Made by a program: the position numbers and the translations under genes. DNA of 64,000 nucleotides from Massalongia carnosa (Eukaryota): contig OZ287080.1 in the NCBI GenBank assembly GCA_965645245.1, positions 1,054,001 through 1,118,000 of the forward strand, written 5' to 3'. The notes beneath the pieces are model-generated. The model worked only from the letters and a program-made list of their open reading frames with translations. It had not been told where the DNA came from and searched no databases. Shown here in pieces: positions 1-10,759 of the stretch (position 1 is its first letter; each line of letters starts with the position of its first letter).

Positions 1-2586
1 CAACGGGGCCAGCGTACGCGGATCTCGAGTTCTGGTCGGATCGATATTAGCTGCTGCTTCATCTTCTAACCTTGCGCGCTCTTCGTTGGAGCGATTCCGA
101 GCATCAATGATAAGATTTTGGTATTTGTTTGCCAGCGTCTCCGCCTCCGACGACGGAGAAATAAAATTGATACCCTTTAAGGTTTTCGAGAGATATTTTA
201 ACCTAATTAAAGGTCTTTTGAGCAGAAAAGCGACATCGACTCTTTCCCCGTCTCCATCAACGACATCGCCATCCTTGTTCCTTGGAAGCCCCTCATCAAG
301 ATCAGAGCCTTGAAGTCTCAATTTCGGCGAGGTTTCTTCTGCGGCCGGAGCAAGGTTGACTACAACATCTTGGAAGCCCATCCGCCAGGCCTTAAGATAT
401 TCCGCATACACTCGCTGTGCCCCTTGAGCCCAGGTCAACAAGGCATTGGTATCTTGTAGAGGGATACGCTTATGTAAAGTCTTCAGTCTTTCCAACGCAA
501 TCCCCATATCCACAATCGGCTTTGTGAAGTTCGGATCATTGGTAGCAGTAGTTGAAGGGCGAAAAAGGCCCGCAGCCACGGCGGAGTCTGACTTGGACAA
601 CACACAAGTGAGAAGCACCGGAATAACCCCATCGACCAACGTACGAAGCTCTCGCATGTACTTACTTTCATCGGTTGCTAACTCTTTCAACAAATCCCCA
701 ATAGTAGCAGTAGCAAGTCGACTACGGTTTGTACGGATACTTCGCGCTGATTTAATGCTCTTGCTACCCGCACGTGGTAAAGAAAGTACGGAGATTAGAT
801 CGGCGTGCTTTGTCAGGCGGCTCTTGGTCCGTTCTAGTGAGTTAGGATCGAAATGATCTCTAGCTTCTCTTTCACCCGCGTCCGCATCGGCCGGCGAAGG
901 TTGCAATGTGACTTCTGATATTTCGGAGAGTGAAGGCGGAGGAAGGTTCTGTACCTGGGTGTTGAACGTCTCAACAGAGGCTATCGTTGACAGACGATGC
1001 TGACCAGTAGATGGAAATGGACGTCTAAGGTTCAGTCCAGGAGGGCGAAGGGGGAATTTGGGATCTGGGGGTTCAACAGAAGAGGTAGTGAAGAGAGATG
1101 ATACTGTTGAGGATTCATCATTCTCAGCAATCCGCTCGTTGCGGAAGAGCGTTTTTCGTCGGTCTCGTACAGGAGACGAAGTATTCCGTTTCGCACCCCG
1201 TCTTTTAAGCGATGGGGGAGGAGTTTCGGGCGAAGCTTGCACAAGATCGACAAGCTTTGGGGCAGATTTTGTTCCGTTCGGTGACCTGCTCGTTGGAGAG
1301 CCAGTGTTCAAGTCTGCAGGAAAGGGATTATCCTCGTATATAGCAGAGCTCCTGACTCTCTTGCGCCTCCGGCTCCCGTCCAGCGCCACCCTTGTACCTT
1401 CCTTGGTATCCAAGGAGTCCCAGATGTTGTTCGGGTCTTCGCCACGGGTTTCCTCGGTGGTGTCTGACACCGGCCGATTGCTTCGCTCTAGAGTCGATAC
1501 GGTGTCCCCAGATGGCTCGATGTCGTCCAAAAATGGATCGGAAGTCTCTTCCAACCATGCCTCGACGCTCGGGACCCTAGGGGGTGCCTTGGGTATAGGT
1601 TGCACCTTGGAGAATAAATTTCTCGAGTCACCAAAAACCTGACTTAGGAGATTTCCTCTCTGGACTTTTGTGCTTCCCCTTCCTTCGGAAACCCCCTTCG
1701 AAGCCACTAAGAACTCATCACTCGGGGCTTTTGATTTATTGTAGCCGCTTTTCCTCCTTCTAACCTGCTCCTTGGCTGCGGAAGATCCTAACCTAGGAGA
1801 TTTTTCTGGGGTGGGGTGTTTTCTCTGATGAACGGAATCGGCAGCGGGGAAAGACGAGCTTCCCGAGCTTGCATCATCCACATTGTTGTGTTTCTCCCTC
1901 TGAGTTTCCCTCTGAGTTTCATTATCCTGCTGTAGAGAGGTCCGTTCGTTTTTCGATTCCTTTCGCGATGCAGGCGGGGTGCTGAAGACACGAATCCCGT
2001 CATCGTCTCCCACAGTCTTCTTTTTCGGCGTGATTTCGTCATCTGGCTTGTTTGGTCTCCTGTCAGGTTTCGGGTCTGGCAAAGGCCGAACTCGAATGCC
2101 GTCGTCTGCTTGAACGTATTTAGCAGTAATAGTGTTGGTAACTCTTGGCGGCGTTGTAGATTTGGGAGGACTTCGCTTTGTCCGCCAGTGGGCATCGCTG
2201 ACAACGCGTTTCGAGGGAGCACTACCACTCCGACTTCGATCCCTCTCTTCCTGATCAGCTTTAAGCTTTCGGCCGCCAGTCCTTCTATGTGATTTCTGAA
2301 CACGAACGGATTCTTCGGCATCTATTTTCGAGGAGCTGGTGATGTCATTTCCTTTCGACGGTTTATCTTTGCCAGGAGGCTCTTCCTCTCCATCCTCCTC
2401 TATATAGATGTTCGATGCAGTAATGACCCCCCCTCCTTGCGATTGCCATTGTCGTACACGATCCCGCACTGAGTTCGTGTCATATATCCCCAAGGGTACA
2501 CCGACATCAACAGGTTTCGATTTGGAGGGAGGGGTGCTGTCATGGCGACGGTTTGCTGTACGCCTCGGTGTGGAAGGGGATGGCAT
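1..2586 (-). CDS. Large DH(RhoGEF-like)/PH-type fungal protein with long disordered N-terminus; 3'-partial (runs off window)
   Basis: Manual translation of most of the minus frame from ATG 2586 (alternative ATG 2598) shows no stop down to base 1: MPSPSTPRR...VRDRVRQWQSQGGG...LKELATDESKYMRELRTLVDGVIPVLLTCVLSKSDSAVAAGLF...VDVAFLLKRPLIRLKYLSKTLKGI...EERARLEDEAAANID. It is absent from the ORF track because no stop lies inside the window. Domain call is from recalled family similarity. Confidence 0.8.
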   Translation of the reverse strand, partial: MPSPSTPRRTANRRHDSTPPSKSKPVDVGVPLGIYDTNSVRDRVRQWQSQGGGVITASNIYIEEDGEEEPPGKDKPSKGNDITSSSKIDAEESVRVQKSHRRTGGRKLKADQEERDRSRSGSAPSKRVVSDAHWRTKRSPPKSTTPPRVTNTITAKYVQADDGIRVRPLPDPKPDRRPNKPDDEITPKKKTVGDDDGIRVFSTPPASRKESKNERTSLQQDNETQRETQREKHNNVDDASSGSSSFPAADSVHQRKHPTPEKSPRLGSSAAKEQVRRRKSGYNKSKAPSDEFLVASKGVSEGRGSTKVQRGNLLSQVFGDSRNLFSKVQPIPKAPPRVPSVEAWLEETSDPFLDDIEPSGDTVSTLERSNRPVSDTTEETRGEDPNNIWDSLDTKEGTRVALDGSRRRKRVRSSAIYEDNPFPADLNTGSPTSRSPNGTKSAPKLVDLVQASPETPPPSLKRRGAKRNTSSPVRDRRKTLFRNERIAENDESSTVSSLFTTSSVEPPDPKFPLRPPGLNLRRPFPSTGQHRLSTIASVETFNTQVQNLPPPSLSEISEVTLQPSPADADAGEREARDHFDPNSLERTKSRLTKHADLISVLSLPRAGSKSIKSARSIRTNRSRLATATIGDLLKELATDESKYMRELRTLVDGVIPVLLTCVLSKSDSAVAAGLFRPSTTATNDPNFTKPIVDMGIALERLKTLHKRIPLQDTNALLTWAQGAQRVYAEYLKAWRMGFQDVVVNLAPAAEETSPKLRLQGSDLDEGLPRNKDGDVVDGDGERVDVAFLLKRPLIRLKYLSKTLKGINFISPSSEAETLANKYQNLIIDARNRSNEERARLEDEAAANIDPTRTRDPRTLAPL

Positions 2587-3467
2587 CTGGACCTTCATGA
2601 ACGTCTGAAGAGGGTTGTTTGATATTATCCTAGACGTTGCGGTAGAGGTATGAAGTACTGCCAGATCATTCCCTTGCTATACGTGGACAGCGATTGTGGA
2701 TCAATGTTTACCAACTATTTGGAGGGCTTCACAGGCCGCTGGAATTGCGATGGATGATTTCGAAATGAAGATGTAGATATCGAGAACGTCGGAGAATCTG
2801 GATTATCTCTGTACGGATAGTTAGAGAATGCGTAAATCAAGTATAAATGCCATTGAAGATTCTCCTTTAGCTCGCTTTGTTTGTTCACCCTGGATTGGAT
2901 CATGCAAAGGGTGGTCACGCCACTAAAAATAGCACCCTTACCTTCAACAAATCACAGCTAAACAGATGGCAAATACCGATAATCTTGATATATCAAGCTG
3001 ATGGATGAAGATGAACTGTTGCATCAGCGTACAATGTCCTGCAAACGTTGAGATATTGCCACCGTTGGTACCCTCTTGACCAAGGTTCTCCCCGATTAAA
3101 AGGTTTGTTTACTTTTCGGCACTCGCAAACGCCGTTTATTTACTTTCTGCCACATTGCCTTAATCTTTTTGTCTGAAAGCGGCACATTTGACGATAAGAT
3201 TACGCACGTCGCTAGGTTTTAGCTTTCGCGAGTTTACGACTAGTATGTTTTCTTTTAAGATAGTATCTCAGAATTGGTTTGTGCAGGAGAGGATGGATGA
3301 TGGCTGATATATCTACACGTAGAATGTCTATTGATCTTAAGTGGTTCAAATGAAACGCAAAGCTCTCTAAATACTCCTTAGGAAAGAACGAGTCGATGTT
3401 AGAAGAGAAGTATGGTACATCATTTTAAATCTTGCCCGCGAAATCAGCCGCCCATATAACTTTCAGT

Positions 3468-4450
3468 CTAATTGGACTTTTTGGCGTGATGATTGGTTTG
3501 TGAGATCTTCGGTATCCGATCAAGAGCCTTGAATGCTTTTGCGCTAGCGGACACGCTATTGTAAAGAAGTGCTTTGAGGCCATGGTTAGTCGATGCAATG
3601 CGTTAATTCATCGCCACGTGTGGAGCCAATAATAACACATACCGCCTGGTATCATGATCCATATGAAATTCATGAAGAAGTAGTAACACCAAAAATAATA
3701 GGCTTCTGGCCTGCAGTATGTGAGCCCCTTATGATAGTGATCGAACATACTTGTTGCATAGTAGAGGATGTCGCCGTATAATTGACCAAGGGATACCATG
3801 GCCTGGAGGGGATAACGGAGCGGATGTTGGGTGGTGATCAGCAGCGCAACGACAAAGGACAGAGGACCCCAGCAGACCTATTCACAGCGGCGTCAGCTTT
3901 ACACTTCTATCCGAGCCGGACACGACCGAGGAACAAAGGCTCACCGCCGTCACAGTCTCCATACATAACACAAACGGATCAGAGGTCAAATATCTCGAGT
4001 CTGACATGGCGTATTCCTTCCAAAGCTGGCCAAAGAGATCCTGCATCCCGGGCATATTCGCATGATTAAAGGCGAAGTATCCTTTGCTACTTAGCTGCCA
4101 AGTCGTTCTTGCATGTAGAAGAAAGTCCTACCCTCAAAAAAAAGATGAATCGTCCCAGCTACAATGAAGTAATGTGTGAGCAAATGCCATTCCTCTCCCC
4201 ATGGAGTTCCTAACTCACATAGCACGAACCATAGAATGGTCGCCTTTTCCGTGGAGCGTAGATTTGGGTTGTGGCCCTTGACCAAAGCCAAAGTGATCGC
4301 TAAGATAATACCGCATCCCGTCGCAAAGATGCCCAGTAACTTCAGTACAGACCACTCGTTTGCCAAGTACCCCACAATGTTTGCCTCGAGAGGGTAGAAA
4401 GGGTGTGGAGGTTGGGGTATTCTGCTTGTATTCAGGACGAAGCTGTCCAT
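3468..4450 (-). CDS. EBP: Emopamil-binding protein (EBP) family sterol delta8-delta7 isomerase, 5 exons
   Basis: Spliced translation contains PHPFYP, GTIHLFFEGYF, QLWKEYAMSDSRY, CMETVTAVCWGPLS, GQLYGDILYY and FMNFIWIMIPG. Four GT-AG introns; stop TAG at 3468-3470. Confidence 0.92.
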
Positions 4451-5515
4451 GACTGATCAACTGATGCGCTTGAGTTTGGCTGGTGGTTTGTAACTAATTG
4501 GGGAAACGCGGTGTGTCCCCTTAGTGTATGACTGCGCCCAGCAGGCTGTGTTATATGGGCCTAGAGAAAGCGTCGTAGTCCGCGAGGCTCAACTGACTCG
4601 ACGACATGCAGTCCTACGTATTCTTCCTTGCAGTGCTCTCTTTTTGGGGATGGGATTGCGACCGTGGCGAGGAACGATTCCCTAAAGGGTCAAGAGATTT
4701 CGTTTCGATGTACGGATTGTCTCTGTTCTAGGTCAATTGATTATTCCCTGGTATAGCTGCACGTGGACAAATAACCACTTAACAGAGGCAGGAGATTCCA
4801 ACTGATCAAAGGCGCAAATAGAAAAAGGAAAGCGGTTGCATTGCCGCGTCATGAATGGGGCCAGGGCTTGGAATGTGGCCAAGCAACCAGTTTGCAGGAA
4901 AATTCAAGTCCGTAGCTTCAAGCTTTCAGAAAAGTAGACCCTGAGTTTAAGGCTTCCCTAGACGTGGGTAGGTCCGCGCTACGAATTGGTAGATCAATTG
5001 ACAACTACAAACCTGATCATACAGCCCATTGTATCAGGCTACAGGTGTTAAGTAGAACCCATCTGTCTCTTCCTGTCTAGGTAATTATCTAATTAGGTAG
5101 TAATATGCTTCGTTTGATAAATCCATTTTGACAGCTTAGGATGTGTATTTATTGAGTCCTTCACAGCTTTCCTGTGAATATGAGAGTCTTTTGTCTTTGC
5201 GCATAGCTCATAGCTCCAACACACCAACCAATCACAATTGATGCCTTGAACCATCCCTTTCCCCCTCCTTCATGTTTGGTGCAGGGCAGTTTCCTCGGAC
5301 ATTTTAAGCGTATCGTGATTTCTCATGCTTGGTCCAGCGTGAGATAGAATGAGTTCAAAAGAATGACTATTCTACTTTGTAAAGATGAAGCAGCATGACA
5401 AACTAGACGCTGAATCGCAGAATCAAAAAGAAAAAAGAAATCGCCCCCCAAATAACACCGGTCATTACCACCAAACGCAACACCCAAGTCTCTCGTTCTC
5501 GCCAAATTTTGTGCA

Positions 5516-6800
5516 CTAAGCAGCAGCAACGCGTCCCTTGATCTTCGGTACCGATGCTGCTAACGCGTTCTGCTCAAACTGGCTAAACGTTGCCCCGTCC
5601 GCGTTCACAGCAAATACCATGCCCTTCCCACAGTGCCCGTCCGGCGTTCCATTCTTTTGCTTGCAGTAGAAGAATCTTGGCTTGTCGCTGTCGATCACAA
5701 GGTCAAAAGGCTTAAACTCGGGGATGTCGGCTTTGTTGACGTTTTGGAAGTTCGTGTCAACTTCAGTACCAGCAAGTTTCTTGCACGGGGCGTAGAGAGA
5801 TGACTCGGTAAGCGTATGGTTGGCGGCACGGAAGTCGAAGTGAATCTTCTGGCCAATGGAGACCTTGGGGAGATAAGGGGGGTCGAATTTCAGGACAGTT
5901 CCATTTTGAAGACCCACGGTCACGGTGTGACCGCACCAGCCGCGGTGCTTGCAGATGGAGTGGAAGTAGATGTCGCAGTGGGGTACGGTGCAGTGGATGA
6001 TGCCACGCCTGTCGAGTTGCCGTTCTGATTGATAGCATTCCGAATAAACTGGTCCATCTTATTACCTGGATTCAGTCCAAAGACCATTCCTTTACCACAA
6101 TGATTAGGGGGGCCTTGTTGCTTGCAATAGAACCATTGCGGCTTCTTGGTCGTCACCTCGAACGGGATGACGAACAGTCCAGTCTGATTCTTTGGGTTGG
6201 GCTGGTTCAAGCCAGTATCGAACCCGCCGTTATATGTACATGGCGTAAGGAACTCAGATTGGGTCAACGAGTGGGATTTGATGAGAAAGTCGTATTCGAC
6301 CACATCGCCAATCTCAGCGTTGACGCTATTTGGGATGAATCGGACTTTGCCGTCAAAGGTACCAACTTCGACACGATGTGTCTGCCTTGATACAGGGGCC
6401 GTCGTGGTATTCCTATAATGACCTGAGATAGCGGTGTACTCAGGGGGCGATGCTGGTGGAGTATAGGAGCCATCCTTGGAAGTGACCGAATAATCTGAAT
6501 TTCCAGGTTTGACTGTATGGGTCACCGTGATAGAGTCGGTGATAGTCACCTGCGGAGCGGTCTCTGTGACTGTAACTGTGACGGCTGGATAACTGTATTG
6601 GGCCGGGTTGACTGGATTATATTGCCCACCAGACGATCCGGGATTGTATTGTCCTGGCGCAGCAGTATCGTGTGGCTGATAATCTACAATCGTGACAGTC
6701 TTCGTCACCGCGCGACATCTGACGGTTGTTGGTATTGGCTTAGAGAAGCGGTGGTCAGGGTAGCCATGCTGGCAGCAAGGGCAATCGTGACAGACTTCAT
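5516..6800 (-). pseudogene. Secreted Ser/Thr-rich protein with two cupredoxin-like domains; two frameshifts
   Basis: Signal peptide MKSVTIALAASMATLTTA from ATG 6800 stops at TGA 6705-6707. Domain 1 (HSLTQSEFLTPC...WFYCKQQGPPNHCGKGMVFGLN) and domain 2 (NHTLTESSLYAPC...FFYCKQ...HCGKGMVFAVN) lie in successively shifted frames, with breaks at ~6715 and ~5925. No usable intron spans either break. Confidence 0.75.
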
Positions 6801-7602
6801 GATGCTTTTCTTTTGCGCTGGGAAGTACTAAAAAGGGGGGTTGAAGATGAAAGATATCCGAGCGAAAAAGCAATTACTTCGCTAATAACTCCAAACGACT
6901 GTGTAATAACAGAAAGGAAATGTAGAGGAGAAAGTATGGAAAAAATTAAACTTAGAAAAGAAATTGGAGTAGAGGTGGGTGTGAAGAGGAAAGACAGAGA
7001 ATTCCCATTCCTTACTACTTTATAATGAAAAGAAGTAGAGCAGTGGGCTGAACGAAGGGAGGCGTTATTGGTTAGCTGAACTTCATCAAAGCTTACAGTA
7101 TCCGTCCGACCAAACGAGCCCTGGCACCTCCTCTCCGTAAGCCGTCGATTTGCTGGGATATGTCCATCAACCTCGTCAGCAAAGCTATTCGAGGTCTTGA
7201 GGAGAACTGCTGGAGTCGGTACTCGGGAGATCCGACCTGGCACGCCTGTTTACCGAATGGACGGAGGAAAATAGGTACATTTAAACTTAGGAAAGTAAGC
7301 ACAACATATAGGCTTTCTCCGTCGCATGGGCGAGTGGCTGATCGGTTAAGTGGGAACGGCTTTCATTTGTCCGTTCTATGCCCATCTTCGCGTGCTCAAC
7401 CTTGGAAGTCGTCTGGGAGGAGTGAGCCAAATTCATTCATGATCATACAGTCAACCCTAGCTATAACGGTTTTGGTTGTAACGATATTCTGGTTTTAGCG
7501 ATTTGATTACATGGAATCGATTATTTCTTAAATCAATACAGAGTAACGATAACTTCTCTATTCCGATACCGATATCGTTAGTAATTTCCTGGTTTTGTAT
7601 AC

Positions 7603-7665
7603 TATCCGTGCCGCGTAGCTGGCACTCAGTCCACAGGACTGAGTGCCAGCTACGCGGCACGGATA
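7603..7665. mobile_element. 63-bp perfect hairpin (30-bp arms, 3-nt loop), probable TIR-only mini-element
   Basis: TATCCGTGCCGCGTAGCTGGCACTCAGTCC-ACA-GGACTGAGTGCCAGCTACGCGGCACGGATA; TA at both ends. Confidence 0.7.
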
Positions 7666-9463
7666 ACCGTTTCACCCATATAACCGAAAATTTAAATATT
7701 TTGACCAACCACCTTGATAAATTATCATCAACATCATCATGTCTTCCACTTATCAGGAAATTGAGGCTCGAATTCAACTAGCTATTGATCATCTACAGAA
7801 AAATCCTACAGCTAAAAGAGCTAAAATTGCGCGTCAATTCGACGTGCCTTCGCAGCGACTTCGTTTTCGACTTCAAGGTCATCCCCCCGCATCTGACGTA
7901 CGAGGACTGCATGGACGTCGATTATCATCTGATCAAGACTTGGCCTTAGTCTTATATATTCAACGAATGATCGCATTAGGCCTTCATCCTCGTCTTCGAA
8001 TGATAGAAGCAGCTGCCAATAAGTTGCTAATGCAGGGCTGGACTGATTCGACCCCACCACAACCATTGAGTCATGCATGGGCCACGCGATGGATGAGTCG
8101 TCATTCTGAATTTCAGAAGATTAAACGCAAGCCTATTGCAGCCGTACGAAAGAATGCGGAGGACCCGGTCGTTTTACGAGCTCATTTTAATCAGTACAGT
8201 CAGATAGTGCAGGAGCATGGCATATGTGATGAGGACAAATGGAATTTTGATGAGACGGGCTTTCGATTGGGCATCGCACGATCAGATTGGGTCATTACTT
8301 TAGCAGATGACAAGCAGAAAAAGGTGTTTTCTAAAGATCCAGACAATCGTGAAAGTTTGACAGCCATCGAATGTATAAATGGCGCTGGGGGCAGCATTCC
8401 TTCATTTCTCATACTCAGTGGATTGATGATTCAAGGTTCATGGGCCGAAAATGATTTGAATGATGGAGTCATGCTTTCGACAGCCGAGACTGGTTATTCA
8501 AATGACTGGTTATCTATAGAATGGCTGAAGCATTTCGATAAGCACTCCTCAAAGAGTCAAAAAGGGGCGTATCGACTGCTAATGATGGATGGTTATGGGT
8601 CGCATCATACTATTGAATTTATTGAGTACTGCAATGAGGCCAAAATTATCCCCTTCGGCCTGCCACCTCATACGACTCATCTGTTGCAACCATTGGACGT
8701 CGTAGTTTTTCAGCCCCTGAAACATTGGCATGCTGAGGCGGTTAAGGATGCAATGGCCCATGGGGACGAGACGTTTAATAAGGTGGAATTTTTGAATGCT
8801 TTCAACTCGTTTCGAAATAAAGCATTCAAAATTACGACTATAAAATCAGCATGGAAGGCCGTGGGCATCATTCCTTTCGATCCGTCCGTTGTCTTCGATA
8901 AATTGGGATCAGGGGCCTCGTACATTGAGGCCGATCCTTTTGCTGATATTTATGATCAAACACCTGATCATTCGGATAATGATCTTTCGGACCCGCAAAC
9001 TCCGAAGAATTTGAGTGCTTTGCTTCAAGCTTCGTATGAAATTGAGGCTCAATATCCGAAATTCGTCAAAGGCGCTTTAGCATGTGCTCGAGAAAGCGAG
9101 CTGTTATCGGATCAATTAGCACTGACTAAAGCAGCCGAAAACGCTCGAAAGGTGAGGGCCAATCAGAGCAAGCATTACGTTCAAAAAGGAGGAGTTATTC
9201 AGGTGGATCAATGCAGAAGAATGACTTTCGAGCGAAAGGAGGAAGAGGAGCAATTGGAGTCGGATCGTCAGAAGAAGGCTGATCGTCAACAACGAAAGCG
9301 ATGGGGGCCGATATTTAGGGAGTTGAAACGGAAGATACCATATTATATAGTGAATGGCTCGTATGGTTTACCAAAACGTTGATAACCTGATGTTTTTGGG
9401 CCTGTAGGTGAAATAGTGAAATTTTCGGTTATATGGGTGAAACGGTTATATGGGTGTTTTACT
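7664..9463 (+). mobile_element. Fot1/pogo-family DNA transposon, left TIR truncated
   Basis: The right TIR reads (reverse complement) AGTAAAACACCCATATAACCGTTTCACCCATATAACCGAAAATTT with an internal direct repeat, and ends at a TA. The left side retains only TAACCGTTTCACCCATATAACCGAAAATTT. Encloses an intact transposase ORF. Confidence 0.85.
7739..9382 (+). CDS. Fot1/pogo DDE transposase (N-terminal HTH/CENP-B-like + DDE_1), 547 aa
   Basis: Motifs WNFDETGF, LLMMDGYGSH and PPHTTHLLQPLDVVVFQPLK; uninterrupted ORF. Confidence 0.95.
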   Translation: MSSTYQEIEARIQLAIDHLQKNPTAKRAKIARQFDVPSQRLRFRLQGHPPASDVRGLHGRRLSSDQDLALVLYIQRMIALGLHPRLRMIEAAANKLLMQGWTDSTPPQPLSHAWATRWMSRHSEFQKIKRKPIAAVRKNAEDPVVLRAHFNQYSQIVQEHGICDEDKWNFDETGFRLGIARSDWVITLADDKQKKVFSKDPDNRESLTAIECINGAGGSIPSFLILSGLMIQGSWAENDLNDGVMLSTAETGYSNDWLSIEWLKHFDKHSSKSQKGAYRLLMMDGYGSHHTIEFIEYCNEAKIIPFGLPPHTTHLLQPLDVVVFQPLKHWHAEAVKDAMAHGDETFNKVEFLNAFNSFRNKAFKITTIKSAWKAVGIIPFDPSVVFDKLGSGASYIEADPFADIYDQTPDHSDNDLSDPQTPKNLSALLQASYEIEAQYPKFVKGALACARESELLSDQLALTKAAENARKVRANQSKHYVQKGGVIQVDQCRRMTFERKEEEEQLESDRQKKADRQQRKRWGPIFRELKRKIPYYIVNGSYGLPKR

Positions 9464-10759
9464 AAGCCGAGTTTGAAGTTAAACTAATACAAACATATTA
9501 TAGCAGCTGCTGACTAAAATGGTTCTGATAAACCAGTATGTTAGCTACCCGTCTCTCGTTTTGCAATATTATTTGGCTGTAACGATGTTCTGCTTATAAC
9601 GATTTGACCGTATGGAAAAATAAAATCGTTATAATCAATGTGGACTATAACAGGTTCAGTTCCGGTAGTTTTGTTTTCTCCTCTCCTCAGTTATCCCAGA
9701 CTTTAATGTTAAAAACAGGCAACCAACGCTAGATAAGCAAACTGCATCTATCTTGGCAAGAAAAATTCGTGTGGAATCAGAAAAAACTGCATCGGAAGGG
9801 GCGACTGACGAGATGGAAATGGAGGTTTCTAGAATAGCAGCTGGACAGATATAACAAATACGAGCAGTTTTTACCCTACGGAGTGATACTGGTGTTCATC
9901 CCCGTTTTGCACCAGCACTAAAACTAAAAAGATCACAATAACCCTTGAACCTTTTATGTAACCATCTCAGATCCTCAGCATCGTCGATGCATATACTCCT
10001 AAATCCAACTTCACATTTTCTTATCATAATCATTTGTCATAGTTGATTTTGATCTGTAAGTTAATCAGTGAAGCTAATTTAGCGACCGCGTTTAGAGCTG
10101 ATGCAAAAGGAGGTGTGGTGCATGAGGGGGTGAACACGAGCAGAAACTCAATGATCCATGCGAAGCCACACAGTCCCAGTCATCAACTAAGTTCTCTCGT
10201 ATGCGGAAGGTTCAAAGTATCTCATGTTCTGATTACCTACCAACCTACGCCCGGAGTGACGCAGAAAAGGCATGATTAGATTACCTACTTACGAAAGCTG
10301 ACCTAAACGGGTACTGCCACCTCCAGGTAAATTACTGCTACTGCTGCTGCTGCTAGGTAGTCGTAAGCCCCTGCTTATGTTAGGTAACTCGAGCATCCAA
10401 TACAAAATCAAAGGGAGCCTTTGTACCGCACACGCCGTCCGACTGGCCTGATAGTAAACCGTTAGCTGAGGGAAGGGTACATGTTGTGCCTATGAGAGCT
10501 GGACATGGGAAGTCCTTCACCGGGGTGACTTTTTTCAAACTACCCTTCCCCGTGTTTATAATGGTCGAGGCAGCAACTATTTTGATACAGGGGGAAGCCC
10601 AACGACTGAACTTTTTCATGTGTCTTAAAATTGCAAGCAACTATGACTTAATGCCAAAACGACTGGAATCTACCTCAACTTCACACTCGACGGGGCATCG
10701 GGTGAACGCTATCTCATCTTTCGTGGGCTCGTCAAGGTTGAGCGTCAAAGCTACAATCA

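Larger units (their letters stand above)
7448..9647. mobile_element. Old non-autonomous Tc1/pogo-type element hosting the Fot1-like insertion
   Basis: The left end TA|CAGTCAACCCTAGCTATAACGGTTT matches the reverse complement of the right end, TA|TAGTCCACATTGATTATAACGATTT. A subterminal direct repeat TTGG(T/C)TGTAACGAT(A/G)TTCTG...CGATTTGA occurs at ~7472 and ~9573. Confidence 0.55.

Noticed and set aside
86..2608. Several + strand ORFs (e.g. 446-856, 1058-1642) and minus ORF 1788-2321
   Set aside because: Antisense or alternative-frame shadows of the long minus-strand gene.
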